From IMG/VR virus record IMGVR_UViG_3300029922_000001, positions 186,001-250,000 of that record: a stretch of DNA of 64,000 bases; one strand, 5' to 3'. Each line of letters opens with the position of its first letter. Position 1 is the first letter of the stretch. Positions 49,546-57,708 of the stretch are shown piece after piece. The notes below the pieces were generated by a model. That model saw only the letters and a program-made list of their open reading frames with translations. It was not told the origin of the DNA and made no database searches. The translations under genes were made by a program, and so were the position numbers.

Positions 49546-50595
49546 TTCTTTCATACTACCTGGTGTTAGAATAATGTATTCAGAATTGTCTCTAAGTTCT
49601 GTAATTGTTCTAGCACCAGAATAGGTTAAACCAGAACGGATACCACCAACAATTTCTTCTACTACATCTTCAGTGTTGCCTTTATATAGAACTTGTTTAT
49701 CAACACCTTCAGCGGCAATACCCTTTTTCATTCCACCGCGTAAATGTTCCTGTGCGGTCTTACTAGACATTCCATACATGATCTTGTAATGTTTGCCATC
49801 AGACTCAAAAACATCGCCAGGAGAGGCACTAGTGCCACACAACATGCCACCTAAAGTAATAGTATCAGCACCAAAAGCTAAAGCCTTGACAATATCACCA
49901 GAAGTAGTAAAACCACCATCACCAATAATTTTGACATTATTAAAACCACGATTCGTTAATGATTCTTTTGCTTCTATAATTGATGTAAGTGTTGGAACTC
50001 CAAAACCAGTTTGAGTTCTCGTACTACAAACTGAACCTCCACCGATTCCACAACGTATTGCATCAGCACCAGCGTCAGCAAGATATAAAGCACCTGAACC
50101 TGTAGCAACATTTCCAGCAATAACTTCGATATCATAATGATCTTTAATGTATTTGATCATTTTCTTAACTGAGTTTGAGTGACCGTGCGCAATGTCAATT
50201 AAAATAGCATCGGGTTTAAGTTGAACGTCAGGAAAGCCGTAAGATGCATTCATGAGTTTATCCACTAGCTCACAATCTTCATCTTTAGTTCCTACAGATG
50301 GAACAATAATAGAATTAGGATATTTTACCCTAAAGTCCATTAAAGTAGCTACCATTTTGTCTGGATGCATAAATCTATGTAAGAACCCTAATGATCCTGT
50401 TTTATACATAGCTTCCAACATGTTCTCTTCAGTAACCGTTGACATATTTGTTGATATAATTGGAATATCTAATTTAATATTAGGTGTTAAATAAGTTGAT
50501 ACATCGGTTTTAAGTCTACTTTCAACATCGCTATATTGAGGGACTAATAGAATATCATTAAAAGATAGTGCTTTGTGATTGTATAGATTCGCCAT
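49528..50595 (-). CDS. guaC: GMP reductase / IMP dehydrogenase family enzyme (no CBS domains)
   Basis: IDIAHGHS, AGNVAT, GIGGGSVCSTR, YGMSS (GMPR-like), AAEG. Confidence 0.8.
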   Translation of the reverse strand: MANLYNHKALSFNDILLVPQYSDVESRLKTDVSTYLTPNIKLDIPIISTNMSTVTEENMLEAMYKTGSLGFLHRFMHPDKMVATLMDFRVKYPNSIIVPSVGTKDEDCELVDKLMNASYGFPDVQLKPDAILIDIAHGHSNSVKKMIKYIKDHYDIEVIAGNVATGSGALYLADAGADAIRCGIGGGSVCSTRTQTGFGVPTLTSIIEAKESLTNRGFNNVKIIGDGGFTTSGDIVKALAFGADTITLGGMLCGTSASPGDVFESDGKHYKIMYGMSSKTAQEHLRGGMKKGIAAEGVDKQVLYKGNTEDVVEEIVGGIRSGLTYSGARTITELRDNSEYIILTPGSMKESKLLS

Positions 50596-50651
50596 GTTTT
50601 CCTTGAGGGGAAGTTCAGGTCCTTATTCATTTTACGTAAGTTTCGAATAGA

Positions 50652-51506
50652 ATGCAGGATTCGTTATCTAATAATTCCGAAAAAGTTTATATGGTTCAAG
50701 AAGAGTTAATTGGTTTAGTACGCTTTGCAGCAAAGCTAGAAGCTGACGGATATAGTGAGGATTCCGATTACGTCCTTAATGAAACAGTTCGTTTAGCTGG
50801 TTGGCTTGGTGAATTAGCTGGTGGCGTTGCGGAAAATGCAGGTAAATTAAAACAATTTTTAAGCCCAGCAAGCGAATATGGCGAAAACTTTTTTAAGAAC
50901 ATAGATAATACAAAAACTTTTGCTCAACCAGCCGCCCAGAGTGCTTTAACTAACGCAACTTCAACTTTGACTAATTCAGATGCTCCTGCATTATTACAAT
51001 TCGTTCAAAAGTATTTACCTGGTCAAACGGGCACAGTAACTAAGTTAGTACAAGATTCTTCTGCACTGGCAGAAGAAATAGCTAATCCTAGTGCTAATCC
51101 TTTTAGTACTTTTAGATCCGAATTTGAAAAAGAATTAGCAGATAGAGGGAAGACATTGGCACCAGAAGCTACAGATCCTAATTACTATAAGCAATTTTTA
51201 GAAAATAAACAAACTATAATTAACAATCAACTTTCATCATTAAAGAATGATATTGTTGCTAATCAATCGAACGCTATTAAGAAAAGTGTATTAGATAGTA
51301 ATAATGGTGCTTTCCAAAATCAATACAGCTTAAATGGTTTAAATGCTGCCAAAAGCGGTGCTTTAGCTTATCTTGGATATAATCAAATTAAGAACCAATT
51401 TAATCAACCTAAAACACCAGGAGAAGGAGCCACAACTCCGACAACATCGACAACTCCCACTGCTCAAACATTAGACCCTAATTTTAAATTATTTGCCACT
51501 AATTAA
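50652..51506 (+). CDS. hypothetical protein
   Basis: 284 aa; LVRFAAKLEADGYSEDSDYV motif near the N-terminus. Confidence 0.7.
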   Translation: MQDSLSNNSEKVYMVQEELIGLVRFAAKLEADGYSEDSDYVLNETVRLAGWLGELAGGVAENAGKLKQFLSPASEYGENFFKNIDNTKTFAQPAAQSALTNATSTLTNSDAPALLQFVQKYLPGQTGTVTKLVQDSSALAEEIANPSANPFSTFRSEFEKELADRGKTLAPEATDPNYYKQFLENKQTIINNQLSSLKNDIVANQSNAIKKSVLDSNNGAFQNQYSLNGLNAAKSGALAYLGYNQIKNQFNQPKTPGEGATTPTTSTTPTAQTLDPNFKLFATN

Positions 51507-52122
51507 ATAATAGTTTAGATAGGGCAATTGCTCTCATTCGATGAAAAGCTGCTGAAGATGCTAGAATTTTTTCCATAGGTGATGACTCTGGATTTTCAGC
51601 AATAGCTTGTAAATCTAGTACACTTAAATCATTAGCGTCACAGTTGTCATCATCTTCTTCTAATAAAGCTTCCCATTTTGCTTTTAATGCATTGTATTCT
51701 GATTCTAATTGAGACTGTGCAAACATAGAAAGGATTTGATCATCAATAGGATCACCAGGTTGAGCTAATTCTTCAATAGGATACGTTTTGATGTTTTCAA
51801 TATCATCTTTTGTAAATGTTCCAGTACTCGCCGCACCAGTTGTGAGGGTAAGTGTGTTTTTAGGATCTGTAATGGTGATTGTTGTTGTAGTATTTGGTGT
51901 CATGGAGTTTAAAGTTTTATTTGCGGCATCATAATCGGTAATGAATCTTTGTTTGAGTTCTTCAACTGCGTTTTTTTCATAGTCCCAACTAAGTGGATCT
52001 TCTGGTAATTTGTAGTGTGCCGATTTTGACCATAAAACGTTCCAACCATAACAGAATCTTTCTAAAAAAGATAAGTGTTTGAAAGAGTGAACATTATAAT
52101 GCACAGTTTTAATTTCGTTCAT
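51499..52122 (-). CDS. hypothetical protein
   Basis: ATG 52122 lies 6 nt after TATAAT. Confidence 0.7.
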   Translation of the reverse strand: MNEIKTVHYNVHSFKHLSFLERFCYGWNVLWSKSAHYKLPEDPLSWDYEKNAVEELKQRFITDYDAANKTLNSMTPNTTTTITITDPKNTLTLTTGAASTGTFTKDDIENIKTYPIEELAQPGDPIDDQILSMFAQSQLESEYNALKAKWEALLEEDDDNCDANDLSVLDLQAIAENPESSPMEKILASSAAFHRMRAIALSKLLFN

Positions 52123-52160
52123 GTCCTTATTATACATATCAATTAGGGTATAATAGAGAC

Positions 52161-52442
52161 ATGGTTAATGACGAAGTAATCCAAAAAAAAATCACCGGAC
52201 GAAGACTCTCAACAGTTTTCACTGAAATTAAAACAATCAAGAAGGATCTTGGCAACAAGTTCATTCGTGAACAACGCACACTCGTTAATGAGTATATTCG
52301 ATTGGCACAATCTGCTTTTGATCGTGAAGATTGGGGTAAGGCTCGTCTTTGGTCTGACGAAGCACTAGATATTGCTAAAACCAATCCTAATGGTAGAGCA
52401 TGGATGTCTCGAAAGAACGATAGGAACACAGTAACCAAGTAG
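52161..52442 (+). CDS. hypothetical protein
   Basis: 93 aa; ATG 6 nt after TATAAT. Confidence 0.7.
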   Translation: MVNDEVIQKKITGRRLSTVFTEIKTIKKDLGNKFIREQRTLVNEYIRLAQSAFDREDWGKARLWSDEALDIAKTNPNGRAWMSRKNDRNTVTK

Positions 52443-52481
52443 ATTGGAGGGTTTTAGCTTCATAATATATAATTATATATT

Positions 52482-52667
52482 ATGAAGCTAATAGATTTAA
52501 TTGGTGAAAAATTTGGAAGATTAATGGTTTTAAAACGAGAAAACTCCAAATGGCTATGTAAGTGTGAATGTGGAAATGAAAAGTTAATTTCTGGATGTAG
52601 TTTAAAAAACGGGAAAACTCAATCTTGCGGATGTCTACGTAGTAAACCATGCGAAGCTAGTTCTTGA
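52482..52667 (+). pseudogene. truncated N-terminal module of an HNH/AP2-type homing endonuclease
   Basis: DLIGEKFGRLMVL...WLCKCECGN...GKTQSCGCL, then a stop with no nuclease domain. Confidence 0.7.
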
Positions 52668-52790
52668 GTGGTTCTTTCTATTGAACTTTGTTGTATTCCG
52701 GTACAAGTGCAAACTTCAAAAACACAAAAACACAAAACACCACAACCGATGACGAATCTTGTAAAATCATTCCAATTAAATCTCATGATG

Positions 52791-53018
52791 TTATGATACC
52801 TGACTTTGTGGAATCCATACTTCAACTTTCGCAATACCAGCAGTAGGTTTTGAACAATTTCTAATGATTTCAGCGCATTCTTCAACTGTATCAACTTGAT
52901 AAGAATTTTCAGGGAAAAATGTTCTTGCTGAATTAGGAGTAAATATATCAACACAATACTTATTTTCTAGGGATCTATCTCCACTCATGGCTTTTTCGAG
53001 AATTTTTTCTTTAGTCAT
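52791..53018 (-). CDS. hypothetical protein
   Basis: 75 aa; ATG 5 nt after TATAAT. Confidence 0.65.
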   Translation of the reverse strand: MTKEKILEKAMSGDRSLENKYCVDIFTPNSARTFFPENSYQVDTVEECAEIIRNCSKPTAGIAKVEVWIPQSQVS

Positions 53019-53024
53019 GACTTA

Positions 53025-53252
53025 TTATAAATCAACTTTACACTTATTGTTAGTGCAATGACCTAAAGCGTCTTTTAATAGATAATTCTTAGCACCACGA
53101 TCTTCATCACTCATAAGGCGATAATTTAATTTATCAATGCCTTCGTAACGAAATTTGAATTCGCTAATGATAGTTTCCATGAGTGTTTCAGCCATATCTG
53201 CTGATTCTTTTTCGTCTGTAAATAATGGGATGTCGATATGCAATCTGAACAT
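53025..53252 (-). CDS. hypothetical protein
   Basis: 75 aa; GGAG RBS, follows the tRNA. Confidence 0.65.
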   Translation of the reverse strand: MFRLHIDIPLFTDEKESADMAETLMETIISEFKFRYEGIDKLNYRLMSDEDRGAKNYLLKDALGHCTNNKCKVDL

Positions 53253-53270
53253 AATAATTCTCCTGTCTCG

Positions 53271-53344
53271 TGGTCCCTCTGCTGAGAATCGAACTCAGAC
53301 CGAACCGTTATAAGCGGTTCCGCTCTACCTTGAGCTACAAAGGG
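53271..53344 (-). tRNA. tRNA-Ile (anticodon UAU)
   Basis: CCCTTTG/CAGAGGG acceptor, GCTC/GAGC D-stem, AACCG-CTTATAA-CGGTT, CTGAG-TTCGATT-CTCAG, encoded CCA. Confidence 0.92.
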
Positions 53345-53368
53345 GTGTTTGTAATGGGTGTGGGGTTG

Positions 53369-53390
53369 GTATACGCTAATTAGCGTATAC
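53369..53390. repeat. perfect 22-bp palindrome upstream of tRNA-Ile
   Basis: gtatacgctaa-ttagcgtatac. Confidence 0.9.
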
Positions 53391-53507
53391 TTATGAAGCC
53401 AAACGCAGGAGAGTTCTGGGAAATATCATTATAGATTTGATAGTTTGACTTCATTACGTATCTATTATACCAGCATTTAGAGGAAAATTGTCTGAATTTC
53501 TATGTGT

Positions 53508-53744
53508 TTATTGATATTCTACTGTTACTGTTCCGCTAACATCAACTTCTTTATGGTTATCTTTAGTGCAAAAATAATAAATACCACTTGAGAGATGAAC
53601 TTCTCCATCAGAAGTATATTGATTGAGAATCTTGCCATCACTTGAATAAACCGTAACTTTGGAGTCAGTGTAATCTGCTCCACAACCGCACATGATTAAC
53701 GAAAATAAGGATAAGGTAAGAATAGAGATTGTAATTCTTTTCAT
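53508..53744 (-). CDS. putative lipoprotein
   Basis: signal peptide ending IMCGC. Confidence 0.65.
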   Translation of the reverse strand: MKRITISILTLSLFSLIMCGCGADYTDSKVTVYSSDGKILNQYTSDGEVHLSSGIYYFCTKDNHKEVDVSGTVTVEYQ

Positions 53745-54163
53745 GGTTTTATTATACCATATTTTGGCATACGAATCATATCTATGTAACCGCCCATTTC
53801 TGCACGAGTTTTGCCGGTTTGGTTTATGAAATTTTCAACTACAAATCCATGACGATTATACCATTCGATAAGTTGTTGTTCATTTAATTTAGGTATTCCA
53901 TGATCATATAAAGGAAGTGGTTTAACTTCTAACCATAAGGTTACACCATGACGATCTGCGTAATAGGAAATTTCATCTAGAGTTCTAGAAGCAAAGCCTT
54001 TAAATTCATGATCTGATTTGATGTAATCAATATAAAGTATTTTATTATTTCTGCCTATCAATAGTTCAACTTCAATAAGACCAAAATAAATAAAATGCTG
54101 TGATGTTTTTGGTGTAACATTATATGAACATTTCATATCAAGAAGCATTTCAGAGACGCCCAT
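53741..54163 (-). CDS. GNAT-family acetyltransferase
   Basis: IDYIKS..EFKGFASRTL, LWLEV, LIEWYNRHGF. Confidence 0.7.
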   Translation of the reverse strand: MGVSEMLLDMKCSYNVTPKTSQHFIYFGLIEVELLIGRNNKILYIDYIKSDHEFKGFASRTLDEISYYADRHGVTLWLEVKPLPLYDHGIPKLNEQQLIEWYNRHGFVVENFINQTGKTRAEMGGYIDMIRMPKYGIIKP

Positions 54164-54202
54164 ATTGAATCATTCAAAAAATAAAGCTTTTATCCTATGT
54201 AA

Positions 54203-54538
54203 TTACTTACTTATGATAAAAGCTTTATCGCTGATTCGCATGACAAAAACAGCTTCTTGTGCATAATGTTTCAAAGTGAATTCCACAATCGTTTTAATTT
54301 GTTCTTCGTTACAGGCAATCCTTACTGGAATCATTAATTCTTTATGGATTTTACCTGTGGGACTAACCCATTGCCCTTTAGAAACTTTTTGAATAGTTAA
54401 TCCTCCAGCAATATCTCTCACATAATCATCCCAGATATTGTGATAGGGAACTAATACATTTTTCCTTCCCATTTTATAGGGAACCAATATTTCCCAAACT
54501 TCAGTTTCTAAATTCATGATGAAATTATTATGACACAA
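54203..54538 (-). CDS. hypothetical phage protein
   Basis: WEILVP, GGLTI, GQW, MIPVRIAC. Confidence 0.65.
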   Translation of the reverse strand: MCHNNFIMNLETEVWEILVPYKMGRKNVLVPYHNIWDDYVRDIAGGLTIQKVSKGQWVSPTGKIHKELMIPVRIACNEEQIKTIVEFTLKHYAQEAVFVMRISDKAFIISK

Positions 54539-54548
54539 TCTATGCTAT

Positions 54549-54833
54549 TTATGCAAGGGCAGGAGATTTTGTTTTAATAACGTTCAAACAGTCGATGTAA
54601 CCCATTGCTCTTTCTTTAATTTCTTTATTATCAAAGATTAGAACTGTAGGTACGGTAGTGATAAAAAATGATTCTGCGGCTTCCATGTTTTCTTCGATAT
54701 CACAAATAGCAACATTCATATCGTCTGTAATTTGCTTTTTAAGATTTTGGCATGGCGCACACCAAGGGGCAGAAAATAAGACTATGCTTTGCGAAGCTGT
54801 GTCTTTAATTTGTTCGTATGTAATTGATTTCAT
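54549..54833 (-). CDS. thioredoxin-like protein
   Basis: FSAPWCAPC, TTVPT cis-Pro loop. Confidence 0.85.
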   Translation of the reverse strand: MKSITYEQIKDTASQSIVLFSAPWCAPCQNLKKQITDDMNVAICDIEENMEAAESFFITTVPTVLIFDNKEIKERAMGYIDCLNVIKTKSPALA

Positions 54834-54905
54834 AGGTATATATTATGATAATTCAAATGAACCCAAATATAACCAAAAAGGTTAGAACTCGTCGGAGTGA
54901 ATCAG

Positions 54906-54994
54906 TAGAAGGCTAGGAAATCGAGTCCTTAACGGCTATTTACCGTCACACCTATTTTCGAAATAGGGCTAATAACCATATTAGAAAACCTTCT
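54906..54994 (-). tRNA. non-canonical tRNA-like RNA, anticodon CGA (Ser), 8/4 fold with 6-bp D-stem and long variable arm
   Basis: AGAAGGTT/AGCCTTCT; CTAATA-TGGT-TATTAG; CCTAT-TTCGAAA-ATAGG; TGACGG/CCGTTA; AGGA-CTCGATT-TCCT; no encoded CCA. Confidence 0.75.
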
Positions 54995-55002
54995 TATAAT
55001 TC

Positions 55003-55257
55003 TTACTGTAGTGTAGCCAAGAATTCATCAATAGCTTCGCTAAATGATGCAAACTCAACTCTGGAACGATCAGGGTACAAAACAGACCAAGTTTCACCAT
55101 CCATCTTTTCAATTAAAGATTTTTTACCTGAAACCTTCAATCCATATTGCAAAACTTGAGCAATAGGCATCTTTAACAGTGAGTTGTGATAATAAGGTTC
55201 TGGGGCAGGAATTGGTGGAACGACGTTAGATTCTTTTACTGGTTTTTCTTTTTTCAT
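55003..55257 (-). CDS. hypothetical protein
   Basis: 84 aa; GGAG RBS. Confidence 0.65.
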   Translation of the reverse strand: MKKEKPVKESNVVPPIPAPEPYYHNSLLKMPIAQVLQYGLKVSGKKSLIEKMDGETWSVLYPDRSRVEFASFSEAIDEFLATLQ

Positions 55258-55277
55258 ATTAATCTCCTAATAATGAA

Positions 55278-55625
55278 TTATACAGTTAATTCAGTATTAG
55301 GAGATTTGATTTTGGATTTTTGATATAAATCTTCGTAGTGTTTATCAATTTCTTGTTTAAAAGTCTTGAAATTCAAACCATGTTCAGGTGCCCATGATCT
55401 ACTACCACAAGAAGTAACGACATCTAAATCAATAAGCATTTTGCCCACTGTGCTATCAGAAATATAAGCATCATGATTTTCTAACTCTTCTAAAAGTTCG
55501 AATAAATCTTGAAGATCATATTCAACATCGTTAATAGTAATCCAATAACGATAAGCTATATATGGTTCAAGTCTTGGTTTACTAATAGGCAAATCGTTAG
55601 TCAAATCTAAGGTTAATTGTGGCAT
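55278..55625 (-). CDS. hypothetical protein (paralogue of the next gene)
   Basis: YWITINDVEYDLQDLFELL; ATG 6 nt after TATACT. Confidence 0.7.
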   Translation of the reverse strand: MPQLTLDLTNDLPISKPRLEPYIAYRYWITINDVEYDLQDLFELLEELENHDAYISDSTVGKMLIDLDVVTSCGSRSWAPEHGLNFKTFKQEIDKHYEDLYQKSKIKSPNTELTV

Positions 55626-55643
55626 AATCTGAGTATACCTTAA

Positions 55644-56003
55644 TTAGTCATTTATGTGTGCTAAACGACTTTTATAGATTAAAGTCGTTAATTCTTCATT
55701 GAGAAAAGATATAAATTTATCATAATTAACATCGGCATTTTGAATGGAATGATTTACCTCTGGATATTTACCTTTATTCGAATGCACAATAACTTTTAAG
55801 TCTTGTAACATAGCTCTTGTGGCTGGATTCCAAACATGTCCCCATCTACGATGTTCAAAACTTTTAAATATATCCAGTAATTCCTGAATGTTATATTTGA
55901 CTCCCTTAACCACAATGAAATAATGATGAACCCAAACTTGCTCAGACTCATATTTAACAGTATCAATGCCTAAATCATTCATAATATCAGAAGTATACCT
56001 CAA
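55644..56003 (-). CDS. hypothetical protein (paralogue of the previous gene)
   Basis: YFIVVKGVKYNIQELLDIF. Confidence 0.7.
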   Translation of the reverse strand: MRYTSDIMNDLGIDTVKYESEQVWVHHYFIVVKGVKYNIQELLDIFKSFEHRRWGHVWNPATRAMLQDLKVIVHSNKGKYPEVNHSIQNADVNYDKFISFLNEELTTLIYKSRLAHIND

Positions 56004-56647
56004 ATCGTATATGATTTGAGGTTATAAAAATACGCCCTTGTTAATCTTTTGACCGTAGAGCTAGGTCCAATCCAAGACATGACGTGCCAACCACTAACAC
56101 CCATTGACGAGCCTGTAACAGCCATTTGGAGCCTAATGGATATGTTCTTGACTTTCATGCCCAACTCTACACATAATGCTTTAATTGTGGTTTGAACCCA
56201 CTCTAAGGAAATGTCATTCTCACCTTCAAGAAGAGGTATATAATGATCTAAAAACAATCTAAAATCATCATCAAAAAGAGTTGGATTCTCAAAGGGAATT
56301 TCATAGTCAGAAATGGCAATACAACTCAAATGTTTAGCAAAATCAGATAGAATAAATGCTTTATCCTTAATATGCACAAGCATTTCATCAATGCGAGGAT
56401 GATTCAAAGTGTCTTTGAAATGATGTAGTTGCGCTCCCATCAATCGTTTATTGAAATCCTTAATTTGCTTATTGTAGTCAACCTCATTGTCCTCATTGAC
56501 TTCTATGGGGTTGTTTTTAATGATCGTATCTAAGATCATGAGATTTGGTAACTTTGAGTTATCAATATCGAACAAATTTGGTTTGTATAGAAAATCGCGC
56601 ATAATGCGTTTATTATACTTTATATTAACCCCTTTCAGCTTCTTCAA
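56000..56647 (-). CDS. stand-alone class I aaRS (GluRS-type) anticodon-binding domain protein
   Basis: IKALCVELGMKVKNISIRLQMAVTGSSMGVSGWHVMSWIGPSSTVKRL resembles the GluRS C-terminal helical domain; no HIGH/KMSKS; true start may be ATG 56602. Confidence 0.6.
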   Translation of the reverse strand: MKKLKGVNIKYNKRIMRDFLYKPNLFDIDNSKLPNLMILDTIIKNNPIEVNEDNEVDYNKQIKDFNKRLMGAQLHHFKDTLNHPRIDEMLVHIKDKAFILSDFAKHLSCIAISDYEIPFENPTLFDDDFRLFLDHYIPLLEGENDISLEWVQTTIKALCVELGMKVKNISIRLQMAVTGSSMGVSGWHVMSWIGPSSTVKRLTRAYFYNLKSYTI

Positions 56648-57044
56648 GAGCTAATTTAAGCATACCAACTTGACATTCTTTCCAATTAGCCACTCTTGGA
56701 TTTTTGGAGTTTTGTTCGTATTTGCGAATATTATCTTTTAGATATTCGCATTGTTGAGCTAATTCTTTTTTCTTTTTATCTAAAATGATAACCAGTTGTT
56801 CTTTAAGTGTTTTAACATTATTATCAATCAAAATATGTTTTACGTCCCAAGGATTATAATGTCTATAATTGTACTTACCAAGTCTAACAACAAATAAATC
56901 AACTTTACCATTTGGCAAAATTACATCTTCTGTAGCGTTTGTCCAGTCGGATTCGTAAACATAACATTCCGTTATAACGAATTCATTATTGGCTTGACTA
57001 TACAATAAACCGAATGTATTTGGTTTTTCTTTGGGCAATAACAT
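56625..57044 (-). CDS. hypothetical protein
   Basis: 139-aa ORF. Confidence 0.65.
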   Translation of the reverse strand: MLLPKEKPNTFGLLYSQANNEFVITECYVYESDWTNATEDVILPNGKVDLFVVRLGKYNYRHYNPWDVKHILIDNNVKTLKEQLVIILDKKKKELAQQCEYLKDNIRKYEQNSKNPRVANWKECQVGMLKLALEEAERG

Positions 57045-57328
57045 TATAATGGTATTATACCTTTTTTGCCGTATGTCTTGTTAGGTAATGGTTTTGTCCA
57101 TGAAATCAAATCATCGCCAGCTTTTTGCAGTTCTTTTCTAGTTGGTGTTCCATGAAGCATATACATTCCTATTGCTTTAACATCTTTTGATACATCTTCC
57201 AGTACATAATCTAATCCAGTGTAATCATGTAATTTCAACTGTGCGGCATTAGATTGTGCAATTACAGTTAAAATTGAAGCTTCTTCTGCGGGAACATTAA
57301 TCATATTATTCCTCAATATAGAAGTCAC
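57044..57328 (-). CDS. hypothetical protein
   Basis: 94-aa ORF. Confidence 0.6.
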   Translation of the reverse strand: MTSILRNNMINVPAEEASILTVIAQSNAAQLKLHDYTGLDYVLEDVSKDVKAIGMYMLHGTPTRKELQKAGDDLISWTKPLPNKTYGKKGIIPL

Positions 57329-57692
57329 TTAATTTGCCAAGGAAAAAATCGTGAATTATTTCAGTGTCACTTTCTGCGTCTTCGTCAGTTGTTTTAGTGT
57401 CACCCTCTTCATCTTCGTCACCTACTTCAATTGTTGCAACTATAACATTATTACTATCACTAACTATTGCAACCAAACCGTTAATTAAACCTAGTGCTGA
57501 AATGTAAAACTTGTCATCAATACAAGTAAGACCACAAGTTAAACCATCTAATTTTTCTACTGTTTCGGTATCTATTGGATGTTTAGTTAACAAAACCTTT
57601 GATACTATTTCTGGGGCAACTTCAACATATTTATTTAATAATGAAATGATAGATTCTAAATTGTCACTTCCAAGTCCACTGTACATACTCAT
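57306..57692 (-). CDS. hypothetical protein
   Basis: 128 aa; ATG 5 nt after TACAAT. Confidence 0.7.
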   Translation of the reverse strand: MSMYSGLGSDNLESIISLLNKYVEVAPEIVSKVLLTKHPIDTETVEKLDGLTCGLTCIDDKFYISALGLINGLVAIVSDSNNVIVATIEVGDEDEEGDTKTTDEDAESDTEIIHDFFLGKLSDFYIEE

Positions 57693-57708
57693 GCTTTATT
57701 GTAAAGCA

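Noticed and set aside
52619-52954. 111-aa minus-strand ORF as given in the track
   Set aside because: Its 5' half overlaps the better-supported 52791-53018 gene in another frame; at most the portion from about 52794 is real
54906-54994. Selenocysteine tRNA or tmRNA
   Set aside because: Anticodon reads CGA, not TCA; T-stem is 4 bp, discriminator is A; no tmRNA tag ORF or room for one
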